In this document: one piece after another, positions 23,491 through 37,553 of the stretch
Numbering within the stretch: the stretch's first letter is position 1
Layout of the letters: each line of letters begins with the position of its first letter
NCBI RefSeq assembly: GCF_004010195.1
Contig: NC_057749.1
Span: 12,302,833-12,366,832 of the forward strand
Source of the DNA: Chiloscyllium plagiosum
Lineage: Eukaryota
Direction of reading: 5' to 3'
DNA length: 64,000 nt
Translations under genes and position numbers: made by a program
The notes under the pieces: model-generated
Told to the model about the DNA's origin: nothing
What the model saw: only the letters and a program-made list of their open reading frames with translations
The model's database searches: none

Positions 23491-25850
23491 CGAGTCGAGA
23501 GTGTGGTGCTGGAAAAGCACAGCAGGTCAAGCAGCATCCGAGGAGGAAGGGAACTGACGTTTTGTGCATAAGCCCTTCATCAGGAATGAGGCTTGTGGGC
23601 CACGAGGCTGCGAAATAAGTGGGGTTGGCTGGAAAATAGCTGAGAAAGCAATAGGTAAATGAAGGTGATGGAGAATGTGATCGATCGGGGTGGGGGGGTG
23701 GGTTGGAGCAGATGGATGGGAAAGGTAATGGACATTTCAGGAGGGCGGTGCTGAATTGGAAGTTTGGGACTGGGATAATGTGCGAGTAGGGGAAATGAGG
23801 AAACTGTTGAAATCCACGTTTATCCCGTGTGGTTGCAGGGTCCCAAGTTGGAAGATGAGGCGTTCTTCCTCCAGGTGTTGGGTGGTAATGGTTTGGCGAT
23901 AGAGGAAGGCCAGGACTTGCATGCACTTTACGCAGTGAAAAGGGGAGTTGAAGTTTTCAGCCACGGGGTGTTGTGGCTGGTGGTGTTGGTGGGTGCAGTT
24001 GTCCCAGAGATGTTCTCTGAAATGATTGGCAAGAAGGCATCCTGTTTCCCCGATGTAAAGGAGACCACATTTTGTGGAATGAATGCTGTGGAAGACTTTA
24101 GTAGAGTAACAGGTAAATTTATGACGGATGTGGAAGAATCATTTTGGGCCTTGAACAAAGGTGAGGGGAGTGGTTTGGGTGCAGGGTTTGCACTTCCTGC
24201 AGTAGCAAGGAAAGTTGCCTGTAATGAGGTGTGGGCTGGTGGGTTTGGACCTGATGAGGGAGTTGCGGAGAGAATGATTTCTCTGGAATAGTCTTAGAGA
24301 TGGGAAGGGGAATATACCTCTTGTGGTAGGAACTATTTGGAAGTGGTGGAAGTGTCAGAGGATAATGCGATGCATGCGGAATTTGTTGGGGTGGAAGGGA
24401 AGGATTGGGGGGGTTCTGTCCTTGTTGTGTTGGGAGGGGTGGCGTTCAAGAGCGGTGATGTGGGAAGTGGAGAAGATGCACTGGAGGGCATTGTCAACCA
24501 TTTGTAAAGGGAATTTGCGATCTTGGAAGAAACAGGCCATGTGGGATATTCTAAGGTGGAATTAGTCATCCTGGTAACACATGCGGTGCAGGCAGAGGAA
24601 ATGGGAACAAGGGGTGCCCTTTTTACAGGAGGTGGGGTGGGAGGAGGTGAAGTCTAGGTATCTATGGGAGTTGGAGAGCTTGTAGTAGATATCTGTAGTT
24701 AGTCAGTCACCAGAGACGGAGATGGAGAGGTCCAGGTAGGGGAAGGAAGTGTACAGGTGAATTTGATGACGGGATGGAAAGTGATGTGAAAGTTGATTAA
24801 CTGTTCAACTGCCTCGTGGAAACACAATGTATCACTGATATAATCATCGAAATAGAAGAGGAAGAGGTAAAGCACGGTGCCAGTGTAAATGTGAAAGATG
24901 GACTGTTCCAAGTACCCGAAAAAGAGGTAGGCATAGCTGGTTCCCATTTGTTCCCCTTTGGTTTGGAGGAAGTGGGAGGATTGGAAGGAGAATTTGTTGA
25001 GGCTGAGGGCCAGTTCAGCAGGTGGGTGAGGGCGTTGGTGGAAAGGAACTAGATGAGATGGAATGACAGGAAGAAATGGAGGTCTCGGAGACCTTCATTG
25101 TGGCAGATTGATGTGCACTTGGACTGTCTCTATGGTGAAGTTGAGCGGTTGAGAAGCAGGGAAATAAAAATTTTGGAGGAAGTGAAGAGCGTGGGTGGTT
25201 TCCCAAATTCTAGATGGGTTCGTGAACTAAGGGGGACTGGATGGTGTCAAGGTAGGCAGAGATGAGTTCAGTGGGACAGGCGCAATCTGAGGCAGTGGGT
25301 CGACCTGGGAAGTCAGGTTTGCAAAGTTCTTGTAGGAGACTGAATCAGGCGGTGCACGTTCATGGACAATGACGTTGGAGGCTCCGGATGCAAGGGCCCC
25401 AGAGCTAATGCGGTTTTGGATGGTTGGGAGATAATAATTTGGTGATGGGAAGGGAGGTCGTGGTCGAGGAGGCAGTAGGAAGATGTGTCTGTGAGTTGGC
25501 ACCTGGGCTTCAGCAGTGCACCAAACGACTACTGCGCCTCCATTGTCTGTGGGTTTGATACTGTGGTTGGGGTTGGAATGGGGGGAGTGGAGGGCTGTGC
25601 ATTGTGAGGTGGGAGGTTGGAGTGGGTTGGGGGGGGGATGGACAGGTTGACGTGGTCGATGACATGGAGGCAGTTTGAAATGAAGAGGTCAAGGGCAGGT
25701 AAAGGCTCGCACGGGTTGTCCACGTGGATGGGGTGTGTTGGAGGCAGGAGAAAGTGTCCTTGGTGGGTGGGCGGGAGTCTTGATTTAACAAGTGAGCCCG
25801 GAGGCGGAGGTGATAGTAGAAAAATTCAAGGTCACGGCGAGTATCAAACT
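23491..25850 (-). mobile_element. Decayed Penelope-like element (RT + GIY-YIG)
   Basis: RT 'MGTSYAYLFFGYLEQSIF...YFDDYI'; 'DRTPPILPFHP'; 'LLYIGET' GIY-YIG region near 24050; 'EEERLIFQLGTLQPHGINVDF'; terminal repeat at 23491-23590. Confidence 0.85.
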
Positions 25851-27004
25851 CATTAATCTGGGAGCTGAGACCTTTGCTGATGACTAAATGTTCATTCTCA
25901 GTGAAGGGGAATGTCGCCTGCAGTGCCAGTTGTGGCGTTATCTGGAAACTTACTAACCATTCCTCCTACATTCAAATCCAAATCCTTTATATAAATGATT
26001 TTTTAAAAAAGTTAAACCAGTACCAAACCATGTGACACACATCAGGTCACAGGCTTCCAGTTTAAAAAATATTGTTCCACCACTACTGTCAGTTTGGAGG
26101 AAGTGGGAGGATTGGAAGGAGAATTTGTTGAGGCTGGAAATGCACAAAAACGTTTCACAAATATCCAGTTCGTTTCCTGGGAAACAGTTTGTCTCATCAT
26201 TTACATTGAACTTTCGTTCATTGAATTCACTAGTTCATAAATGTCAAGATTCTGCAGATTCTAATCAAGCTCAGCTTACCTTCATGCAGTCATTTATTGT
26301 TCACTGATAACTAAACTCAAAGCAGCCATGTGTGTAACGGTTTTTATTTAAACTAAATTTGAGGTCAGAACTTAATGTGGTTAAATTCAAATATTCAGTA
26401 TAGGAATGGATTTAATACATCGGCACCAGTCTGCTCTAATGATTATGAACGAATGGAAAGTCAAGGGAGAAATTTGTCTTTCTTCAACTGTAGCTTTCAT
26501 AATGATTGGTAATGAATACAAAATGAGGCGAGGTAAATTACTGACAGATATTGCACATACAAGAATCACTAGATTTAGATTTAGGTTTAGATTAGATTCC
26601 AGTGTGGAAACAGGCCCTTCGGCCCAACAAGTCCACACCGACTTTAATTGTATTTTGTGGCATACAATTCTTATCATTCAGACAAAATCAGCGATTAGTG
26701 ATTGGTCTTAATTTGCATCATGTTGTAAAATGAACATATTTAACTTTACATGAATCTGCCCAATTATATGTTACATGAACTTTGGGAAACTCTCAAATAT
26801 ATTCTAATAACAAGGATTCATTTAAGAAATATTAATCATGATAATTACTTTGGAGATAATTCGTATTTGTTTCCATTAACACAGAGATGCCTGCATAATC
26901 TGACATGATAAACATATAACCTTAAATTTATCAAGCACATATTAAGCTCAACACAATTTCTATACCTGAACTATTCATAATGTGTGAGCAGAGCCTATTT
27001 TTTC

Positions 27005-27860
27005 TTATCTTACAGCTTCAATGTTCTTCCACCGACAGACGAGAAGATGCTTGAAAGTTCTTTTGAAGATTTGATTACACAGTGCAGACCAAGCTGGATT
27101 GATGGTTCTGTTAGTATAACAGATCCAATATCCAATGGTCCAGGCTGTGTTGGGGATACAAATTGGACAGAAGGCATTAGTGAGCACCATGAATTATAAT
27201 AAGATCCTGGTGATGATAAATGACAGTAGTATCAACGGGGTGGGCCTGATCACTGTATTTTTCACTGTAACAGTTACCATCTTCTTCTTAGCAATGGTAT
27301 TGCTCATTTAGAAAATCCCATGAAGAGCTCTGATCCTTTTGTAATTTCTATTCTTGCCACTAATACCTTGATTCCTGAAGTACAATCACAATCGTCACAT
27401 TTTGAGACGTGTTCATTATTGTGAAGCCAGACAGTGCATCATACAGCAGAGAGTACTGTTCCCAATTTCATTATCTCTCCATAATTGATTCTTTGAGAGT
27501 TCATCCCGATTATTACTTTACCAGGTATTTTGTCCTATTGCGTTTTGATGTGCATCAAATAATTAGAAGTATTGGAGGTTTTGTGACATTTTGGGCCCAT
27601 GACTTTGCGGATTGCTGGACTGGGAGAAGTAATGCCTTTGTTTGTTTCAGATTCTGTTTTGCCTCCTTCATTTTACTCCTGCTTGCTTGAGATATGCGCA
27701 CATGTCAACCCATCATGACAACAAAGGGGATTTAGAAGGTGGCTATGGAAATGTTGAAAGCGATGACTGGATCTGAGAAGAACTGTGTATTGCACTCGCC
27801 CACAATAACTGTCCAACCGCCAATGGTGAACTGCCAGGCGAGAATTATGGGACCCAATAA
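27005..27860 (-). pseudogene. CHRM2: Muscarinic acetylcholine receptor M2/M4-like pseudogene, TM4 to C-terminus
   Basis: 'LLGPIILAWQF...GECNTQFFS...F*IP' and 'AKKK...[61 protein letters not shown]...R*' closely follow CHRM2 ([39 protein letters not shown]). In-frame stops present; M2 vs M4 is not resolved. Confidence 0.9.
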
Positions 27861-30473
27861 AGAGAACAAAGAAAAGTTACAGCCAAGGAACAGGCCCTTT
27901 GGCCCTTTAAGCCTTTGCTCATCCAAATCCACCGTTTGAAACAATCGCCCAATTCCTGAGGATCTGTATCCCTCTGCTGGCCATCTACTCATGCACCTGC
28001 CCAGACGCACCATAATGAATCGACAGTGCCTGCCTCTACTACCACTGCTGGAAACGCGTTCCATGCACCTACCACGCTCTGTGTAAAGTACTTTCCGCAT
28101 GTATCCCCCTTTAACTTTTCTCCTTTCACCTTGAACGTGTTACCTCTCGTTATTGAAATCCTAACCCTGGGCAAAAGCTTATCTTTACTCAACCTGTCTC
28201 TACCCTTCATGATTGTGCAGAACTCAATCAGGTCCCCTCCCCCCACCCCCGAATCGTGTTTTTTCTAATGATAACAATTCAAACCTACTCAACCTCTTAT
28301 TGCAGCAAACAACTTCCATACTAGGCAACGTCCTCTGGTAAACCTTCTCTGCACTATATCCAATGTGTCCACCACAGTGTGATGTGGCGATCAGAACTGT
28401 ACCAGTATTCTAAGTGTGACGGAACCAAAGTCTTGTACAAAACTTACAATGACCTGCCTGTTCTTATACTCAATATCATATCCAACGAAGGCAAGCATAC
28501 CACATGCACTCTTGGCCACTCTATCGATCGCTGCAGCCACCTTCAGGGTACAATTGTCCTGAACTCACAGATCTCTGCGCTCATCAGCTTTTTCCAAGGC
28601 TCTTCCGTTCACAATGTAGTTCGCTCTAGAATTAAACCTTTCAAAATGCATTACTTCACATTTGCCCGGATTGAACTCTATCTACCACTTCTCCGTCCGA
28701 CTCTCCTGTCTTTCTATATTCTCCTGTTTTCTTTGATAGTCCCCAATGCATTTTGTTACTACACCAAACTTCGGGACATGGACAAACTTACTGATCAAAT
28801 CTCTTTCAGATAATTTGTGCAATCAAAAGCAAAAGTGGCCCCGACATTGATCCCAGTGGAACACCACTGGTCATGTTTCTCCATTTTGAGAAATTCCCTT
28901 CAACTACTATTCTCTGTCTCCTGTTACTCAAACAGTTTTTTATCCATCTAGCAAGAACACCCTGCACACCACGTGACTTCACGTTCTCCATTGGTTTACC
29001 ATGGGGAAACTTTTCAAATGCTTTACTAAAATCCACGTATATTACATCTACAGCCTTTCCTTCATCGATCAACTTGCTCAATTCCTCAAGGAAATCTCTT
29101 CAGTTGGTAAAGCACAATTTACCCCTCAGAAAACCATGTTACCTATCACTAATAAGCCAATTCTTTCCAAAATATGAATAGATTCAATTCCTCAGTACCT
29201 TCTCCAGCAACTTTCCCACCGCTGAGGTCAGGCTCACTGATCTGTAATGACCTAAAATATCCCTACTACTCTTCTTGTACAGGGGGACAACATTAGCAAC
29301 ATTCCAGTCATCTGGCACTTCACCTGTTTTTAAGGATGCTATAAAGTATTAGTCAGGGCCCCAGCTATTTGCTCTCTCGCCTCCCTCAGGAAACTGGGAT
29401 AGATCCCATCCACTACTGGGGATTTGCCCACCTCAGAAACCTTAAGCCTACCTAATATATCCTTCCTCCTTCTGTCAACGTGATCCAGAGAGTGGCACGG
29501 TGGCTCAGTGGATAGCACTGCTGCCTCCAAGCACCAGGGCCCAGGTTCGATTACAGCCTCGAATGACTGTCTGTGTGGAGTTTGCACATTCTCCCTGTGT
29601 CTGCGTGGGTTTTCTTTGGGTGCTCCGGTTTCTTCCCACAGTCCGAAGATGCGCAAGTTAGGTGAATTAGGCATGCTAAATTGCCCATAGTGTTAGTGGT
29701 ATTAGTTAGAGGGAGATGGGTTGTTGTTTGGTGTGTCGGTGTGGACTGGTTGGGCCGAAGGGTCTGTTTTTGTAGGGAATCTAATCTAAACAACTTCTAT
29801 CTCTAATCTTGACATTCATCATGTCCCTTTCCTCACTAAACACTGACACAAAGTAATCATTGAGAATCTCACCCACTTTCTCAGGTTCAACGCACAACAT
29901 TCCTTCTTTATCCTTTAGTGGACCAACCTTTTCTCTAGTTACCCGCTTGCTTCTTATATATGAATAAAATACCCTGAGATTCTTCCTAATTCTGTCACTG
30001 AAGTTATTTCTTGACCCTTTTTACCCCACTTGATTCCTCGTTTAAGATTGGTCCTACTCTCCCGGTATTCCACCAAAGCCTGTTCTGCTCTTATCTGTCT
30101 GCACCGTACATACGCTTCCCTTTCCTCTTGGCTAGTCGCATGATATCTCCTGTCATCCACGGTTCACGAATCTTTCCATTCCTATCCCATATTTTCAAAG
30201 GAACATGCCTATCCTGCACTATCTTCAACCTATGTTTGAAAGCCTCCCACGAATCAAATGTAGAAGTCCCTTCAAATAGCTGCCCCCAATCTACATTTCC
30301 CAGCTCCTGCCGAATTTTGATATAGTTGGCCTGAGCCCAGTTTTGTACTCTTCCATTAGGACCAATCTCATCTTTGTCTACGAGCATTCTAACACTTCCA
30401 GATTTGTTGTCACTATTCACAAAGAAATCCCCCATTGCAATTTCTATCACCTGGCCTGCCTCATTATCCATCC
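27861..30473 (-). mobile_element. 5'-truncated CR1 LINE inserted in the muscarinic receptor TM4
   Basis: 'VDVIYVDFSKAFEKFPH', 'FTQSVVGAWNAFP'; 3' tail at 27861. Confidence 0.88.
29490..29790 (+). mobile_element. HE1-type V-SINE inside CR1
   Basis: tRNA-like head GTGGCACGGTGGCTCAGTGG...GGTTCGATT, V core and TAATC tail. Confidence 0.85.
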
Positions 30474-30540
30474 GAAAATGGATAGCCCCCACGCTGTAAC
30501 AATCATTATTGCCATTTTATTTGTTCTTTTCACGTGGTCG
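30474..30540 (-). pseudogene. CHRM2: Upstream piece (ICL2-TM4) of the muscarinic receptor pseudogene, running into the gap
   Basis: Translates DHVKRTNKMAIMIVTAWGLSIF, compared with CHRM2 [23 protein letters not shown]. Confidence 0.82.
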
Positions 30541-31339
30541 NNNNNNNNNNNNNNNNNNNNNNNNNNNNNNNNNNNNNNNNNNNNNNNNNNNNNNNNNNNN
30601 NNNNNNNNNNNNNNNNNNNNNNNNNNNNNNNNNNNNNNNNNNNNNNNNNNNNNNNNNNNNNNNNNNNNNNNNNNNNNNNNNNNNNNNNNNNNNNNNNNNN
30701 NNNNNNNNNNNNNNNNNNNNNNNNNNNNNNNNNNNNNNNNNNNNNNNNNNNNNNNNNNNNNNNNNNNNNNNNNNNNNNNNNNNNNNNNNNNNNNNNNNNN
30801 NNNNNNNNNNNNNNNNNNNNNNNNNNNNNNNNNNNNNNNNNNNNNNNNNNNNNNNNNNNNNNNNNNNNNNNNNNNNNNNNNNNNNNNNNNNNNNNNNNNN
30901 NNNNNNNNNNNNNNNNNNNNNNNNNNNNNNNNNNNNNNNNNNNNNNNNNNNNNNNNNNNNNNNNNNNNNNNNNNNNNNNNNNNNNNNNNNNNNNNNNNNN
31001 NNNNNNNNNNNNNNNNNNNNNNNNNNNNNNNNNNNNNNNNGTAGTCCAGGTATTTCCTTGCTCAATAAACACATGCTACTTCCAGATAATGTTTCCACTG
31101 TTGTTCTTAATTTTGTAGTGGTCCTATTTGATGCATTCCACCCACAAAAACCATGCTTCCTTTTTGAAGCTGGTAAAATCTTATCCATTCCACGCCCTCT
31201 GATGCAACCAATTTTCATTCGATTATTCCTCAAGTCGCAACCACTCATCACCTGGTATATGTGGATCCTTTTCAATCAGAAATACCAATTATCAACTAGA
31301 TTCTGCATAATTACATGCCACGACAATCCAATGACATAG

Positions 31340-32745
31340 TTAAAAGTAGGCCAGATGTTTGCTAAGGGTGTATTAATAACTCGAAGTTAAATTAGAACGA
31401 GGAAGCAAAAAGATAATATTCTCTGGATTAGTAACTGAGCCATTGGCTAATTGGCACAGGGTCAATGAGTTTAAGCAGGTAAATGCCTGGCTCAAAGATT
31501 GGGTGGGGAGAAATGGGTTTGAATTTACGGACATTGACACCAATACTGGGGAAGAAGGGACCTGTTCCAATGAGATGGTCTTCATCTGAACTATGCTGCA
31601 AACAGAGTCAGTTCGAATCACATGACAATTTTAAACTAACAGGGAGTGGGTCTGTGTGGGGGCGAAGGACTCAGTTAAAGTGGAAATTACAAAACATGGA
31701 TTAATGGAGAAAGTAAGAATGCAGAACTCTACAGAGGTTATTAAAATCTCTAGCACAGGCACAAATAGGACAGAGTGTATGGAATGTGCTCGCAATCAAT
31801 ATTTAAGCACATTGGACAAATGAATGAAAAATTAGAAGAGAGACGGTTAATACAGGACTGAAGGCATTATTCTAAATGCACGCAGTATAAAGAATAAGGC
31901 AAATGAGTTTGTGGCACAGGTCAAAGTTGGCAGGTATGACATGGTGGGCATCACAGGAGATGAATATTCAAAGATATCCATTCTATCGTAAAGATAAGCA
32001 GGTAGTTAGAGGGGGTTGGTTATCCTTATGAGTAAAAAATGAAATTAAATTAATGTTATGAAACGAAGGAATGTCTGATGATGTAGAATCTATGTGGGTA
32101 GAGATGAGGAACTGCAAAGTTTAAAAAATATAGTTGGAGTTATGTACAGACCACCAAATAATAACCAGTAGCTGTGCCATAAAGTACATCAGGAGATAAA
32201 AGAAATGTGAAGGAAAGGAAAGGTTACAGTGATTATAGGCAATTTCATTATGGAGGTGGACTGGGAAAATCAAGTTGGCTGTATATTGCAAGACAACGAA
32301 TTTGTGTAATATATACGAGATGGCTTTTTGGAGTAGCTTGTGGTGCAGCCCACGAGAGAAGAACCAAAACTCGATTTAGTGTTGTGCAATGAGACAGATT
32401 TAGAAAGGCAGTTTAAGGGGAAGGAACCCTTAGGAGGCAGTGATCATAATATGATTAAAATTTACTCTGCAATTTGTGAGGGAGAAGATAGAATCAGAGG
32501 CAAACGTATTGCAGCTGAATAAAGGCAAGTTTCCGAGAGCGGTATGAGGAAGGAGTTGGTTTGAACAGACTGGGAGAGGAACCTCGCCTACACATGCAGA
32601 AACTTATAAAATAATGCAAGGCTTAGAAAGGGTGGACGCTGGGAAGTCGTTTCTGTTAGACAGGGGGACTAAGACCCGTGGGCACATTCTTATAATTAGA
32701 GGGGGTCAATTTAGAACGAAAATGAGGATATATTTCTTCAGCGAA
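31340..32745 (+). mobile_element. Decayed CR1 (ORF1 end, APE domain, 3' piece)
   Basis: 'PTREEPKLDLVLCN...LGGSDHN'; ORF1-like WLKDW segment near 31490. Confidence 0.75.
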
Positions 32746-33081
32746 CTGTGCTGAGAGGACAGTCAACTCAGCGAAAAATATTCTTTGGTCTCCTGGAAAT
32801 TGGTAGTTATCCAAAGTAAAGAGTTGACCCTGACCAAGTGTTGCAGAGTAAAGCCCAAGACTATGCGCAGTGGGACACAACGCTTGGGGCAGCTGCCACA
32901 AAGGAACTGTGGTGAAAACCCATTGAGTACAGAGTACTGGTTCATGGTTGTACCCGGGATGAACATTAACAAAAAAACAATTTATCTTTCTGTAGATCTT
33001 CTTTGCAAATGCACATCCCAAAAGGAGATGTGTGGCAGTCACAACATGCCTATTTCAAGGGGAGTATGCAGTACTGTACAG

Positions 33082-33788
33082 TGTTAAGTCACGGGGTAAA
33101 CCCTCCTGTTCACTTTATCCAGCAACACAGTGAAGATTTATGCCATGTGGAAATCTGTGAAATTCGATAGCGCCAAACCTAGTTGAAGTAAAAGTAATAA
33201 CTGTATTTCTTAACGGATAACCAAAAATATTTAACTAACAACTATTTACAACTCCTTCCTCTAACCTACCTTTTGCTTTCCCTTCTGTAATACTAGTTCA
33301 ATAAAACTCCCGATTAAGATTTACAAAACAAAACTTCTTATCTCAAAACCAGGCAGCTATTTGGTTCTTCTCTTTATTCATGTATTCTTTTCTTCTTCTA
33401 GGAGATTCTATTTCACAGTTTACTTATCGATAAAGGTACCTTTAAGACAGATATTTTTTGGGCAGTCTGTACATGGTGGCTTGGCAGTTCTCCTCCTAAC
33501 TCTTCAATTTACCCTGGTTTTATACCCACAAAAAGCTTCAGATTGTGTTATTGGCTTTAAAGATTGTCAATAAACTAAATTCAAACTTGATTGGAGGTTG
33601 GTATTTTGGGGTATAATTTGATCTGGTTGGCCAAATTCGAATGTGTTTATGTCTCCAGGCAACAAGCTAATTGAGTTGTTCGAACAAGTGTTACATTGTT
33701 ACCTATTGAGAACACTTGGTGCTGTGTTCAGTAGTTCAGCTAGCTTCTAACTCTCTTAAAGGTACATTATACCCACATTTTCATAACA
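33082..33788. mobile_element. Probable solo LTR
   Basis: TGTTA...TAACA termini; flanks ACAG/ATAG (near 4-bp TSD); no internal ORF. Confidence 0.45.
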
Positions 33789-33859
33789 ATAGAGTCAGTT
33801 GTATTTGACGGATCTGACGGCAGTGCTCTTCCCACCACTAAATGATGTCTTGTTGTTTA

Positions 33860-34540
33860 CTGGGTAATTCTGACGATGAGGTACTCTGCCAAATGCCTTT
33901 CACAATCTGGTCAGAGAAGGTCGCAACAGGATCCATCTTTTGCTCCTTATTTCATTTCAGTCTCACACCATATAGAAATAAAAGAGCTGAGCTCCAGAGA
34001 TGAGGTGAAACGTGCAGTAGTTAACATCAAGGCTACATTTAACTGAAAGTGGCATCCAGGAGCCCCGCCCCCCACAAAACTGTAATCAACGAGAATCAAC
34101 ACAAATTTCTCTGCTAGTTTGGGTCCTATCTGGTAGGAAAAAAATGATGTTCATGGTTATTGGAGGTCAGTCATCTCAATCCTAGGACATCGCTATAGAC
34201 GTTCCTCGTCTTCCACTGACAACCATTCAGAATTGCTTTAATGTCCTTTCCCCCATCAAAATGTGAAGAGAGGTCCCCTCATGATTGCACAACACGTGAT
34301 ACTATTTGCAACTACTTAGATACTGAAGTAGTCTGTGTCCCAATGCAGCAAGACCTGCAAAACTTTCAGGCTTCGGCTGAGGAAGCAAGTACCCTTCACA
34401 CCACATAATTCGTAGGCAATGTCGAAATGTCAAATGTCAAGAAAATCTAACAACCCGCCAATTACATTCAATGGCATTACTACCTTCATTTTCAGCATCC
34501 TGGGATTGACCAGAAACTGAGCTGGATGAGTCATGTAAGA
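33860..34540 (+). mobile_element. Highly decayed LINE RT fragment (family uncertain)
   Basis: AACATCAAGGCTACATTTAAC..GTGGCAT resembles DIKAAFDxVWH. Confidence 0.5.
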
Positions 34541-35279
34541 ACCGCAGTACCTTTGACTGCTGCATCATGAAGTCTTTTATTAATTAAAGTCCCAGCACTT
34601 CACCCTATCACAGATGTCCAAGAAAAGAGGCTCTCTCATCTTCTTCGTTACACTCTTAAAAGCCTTGATTTCTTTGTTTCCTTTCAGAGTTGATGAAGTA
34701 TTTCTCCCCACAACGTTGCTTGAATAAATGAGATTTCCATCCTTTTTTCTTCTTATGGTCTTTGTTCTTTTAAAAACATTAAATCCCTTTCATCTGCTGA
34801 TTGGAATCTGACTGAATTCAGAAAGATAAACTCAAAACAACGAATGTCACTGAGTTTCCCTCGTCTCCACAGAAATATGACAGGTAATGGAATAACCAAA
34901 AAGGGTTATTTTTCCAGACATAAAATAAAAACACGCCTGTTTAGGGCAGAATTTTCTCCCATTCCAAAATTGTCCTCGAGAATGTGGTCATGAGTCATCG
35001 TTTCCAACCAATTCAGTCTATGTACAACAGTTAAACCCAGAGTGCTGGTCTCGGTAAAAATGGTCATAATTTTTATGGGTACACGAATAAGAAGGTTTTG
35101 GAGGCAATAGACAAATATTGGCAAATAGGGCTAAATTAATTTAGGGTATCTGCTTGGCATGGACGTGTTGGAGCAAGGGATCTGTTTCCATGCTGTACCA
35201 ATCTATGTTTCTAATTGTTCCAGTCAACATTATTCTTCTGGTTTCCCAGAAATAAGAAAAGTTTTGCAATTAAGGATAG

Positions 35280-36070
35280 ACCAGAAATTCTCAATTAATG
35301 TCGTCCCAATTTTCTAGTGTTTGGCCCTTACTCCACTAAACCCTTCCTCGTCATGTACCTATCCAAATGCCTTTTCAAAGTTGTTAGTCAAACAAGACAC
35401 TACCTGGCAGCTCATTACATCCATGAAACACCCTCTGCCTGAAATTGTTTCCCTCTTAGACACCTTTTAAATCTTTCCCCGCTTCATATTATACTTGTGT
35501 CTCCTCGGTTCGGCCTCCCCCGACCCTGGGGAAAACACCTTAACTATTCACCCCACCGATGTGCCTCTTGACTTTATGAACCCCTTTAAATTTACCCAGC
35601 AGCCTGTGATGTTCCAGCGAAACAAACCCTTGCCTATTCATCCTCTTCATTTCACTCAAACATCACAAACCTGGTAATATCCTTGTAAATCTTTTCTGAA
35701 CCCATTAAAGTTTAACAGTATTTCCCTATGGTAGGGAGACCAGAATTGAATGCAGTATTCCAAAGTGGTAACCAATGTCCTGAACAGCCGCACGACTCCT
35801 ATTCTCAATGCACTGAACAATAAAGGCAAGCGTATGAAATGCCTTCTCTACTCTCTTGTCTATTTAAGACATAACTTCCTTCGAATTATGAACCTGCACC
35901 CCTTGTTGAGCAACACTCCCCAGGAGCTTACCAATAAACGCGTAAGTCCTGCCTGGATTTGCCTTACCAAAATGGAACACCTTACATTTATATAAATTAA
36001 AATCCAAATGCCACTCCTCGGCCCATTGCTCCACTAATTAAGGTCCCATGGTACTCTGAGGTAACGTTCT
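35280..36070 (-). mobile_element. Decayed CR1 3' fragment
   Basis: Antisense similarity to other CR1 3' halves. Confidence 0.7.
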
Positions 36071-36659
36071 TCTAGCTGATGTTTCACCTATATCTTCTAC
36101 ATGTATAACATAAGCTTGTAGCTCATGTAGTCTATGCTCCTATAACATAACCCTGGAAGAAACGATATTTTTTGAACTGTTCTCTCCACCAGTCCTGCTG
36201 CCTTCAATAGTGCATTCACGTACATTCCCAGGTCCTCAGCCCTTGCACATGATCTGAAAATGCATTCCTTATGTAATAATGTCTATCTTTGTTTGTCTAA
36301 TCAAAATCCAACACTTACCTCTTCACACTTCTGCATTGGCCCTCATCTGCCAACGAAACTCCAACTTCACCAATTTATGACTTTCACTTGAAGTTTAGAT
36401 GATCCTATGTACAGTTTAGAATTCTCCCAGGTTTTATGGAATACACAAACATTCAAATTTTCTGTTGCATGCAAAGATCCTGGTCATCAATGTAGATCAT
36501 GAAAACCTCATGGCCGAGTGTCGGCCCTTGGAAAACTCACCAAGAACCCTTCTTCCACCTCTCAAAACATCCACTGACCATCATTCTCTGTTTTCTATTG
36601 CTCACGCAATTATATCTTCACATTGTTACTGCCCTTTCTACTGCATTATCGATAATTTC

Positions 36660-36905
36660 TCTCCATGTCTGCGTGGGTTTCCGCTGGATGCTCCAGTTTC
36701 CTCCCACAGGCCAGAGATGTGCAAGTTACGTGGATTGGCCTTATTAAGTTACCCATCACGATCAGGGATGTGGAGTTTTGGTGTGTTAAGCCAAGGGGAA
36801 TGCAGCGTTATGTGGTAAGGTATTGGGACTGAATGGGATGCTGTTCGGGGAGTTGGTTTGGACATGTTGGGTCGAAAGGCCTGGTTTCACACTGTATAAA
36901 TTCTA
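36660..36905 (+). mobile_element. Truncated V-SINE
   Basis: CCATGTCTGCGTGGGTTTCCGCTGGATGCTCCAGTTTCCTCCCAC core. Confidence 0.75.
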
Positions 36906-37259
36906 TCTCGTTATGAAGGAAATAGTCTTGTTAATTTCAGGAAACCAATTTTTAGCGACTAGTTATTTCTAAAGTAGTAATTTCCCAAATTTCTTCATCA
37001 TATCTCAATCACACTGCAAAGCTCCCAAAATTATGCTGACTATTAACTCAGCACTGTCGTTCTGCAGATAACGCGAATCAAAACATTATTTCTTCGTTTG
37101 GCACAGTGGTCTTAATTTCTTCGCTGTTAATTTTGAAGTACACTTATTTAGAGCAAGATTATTCAGAAACTGAAATGCTTTTCGAGCTGAATCTTCACAT
37201 GTATCCATCATGTGGTTCATTCTCATTGTGTATTATTTCTCCCTGCATATGCGTGAGCA

Positions 37260-37530
37260 GGGCAGCACTGTGGCTCAGTGGTAAGCAATGTTGCTTCACA
37301 GCGCTAGCGAGTCAGGTTTTATTACAGCCTCGGATGACTGTCTGTGTGGAGTTTGCACATTCTCCTGGTCTCTGCGTGGGATTCCTCTGGGTGCTCCGGC
37401 TTCCCCCCACAATCTAAACAAGTGCAAGTTAGGTGAATTGATTATGCTAAATCGTTCATAGTGTTCAGGGATGTGTAGGTTAAGTGCATTAGTCAGGGGA
37501 AATATACAGTAATAGAGTAGGAGCATGGGT
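37260..37530 (+). mobile_element. V-SINE
   Basis: Head GCACTGTGGCTCAGTGG followed by the V core. Confidence 0.78.
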
Positions 37531-37553
37531 CTACATGGCAAACACTTCGGAGG

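Noticed and set aside
29490..29570. tRNA gene-like A/B boxes
   Set aside because: This is the tRNA-derived head of a SINE.
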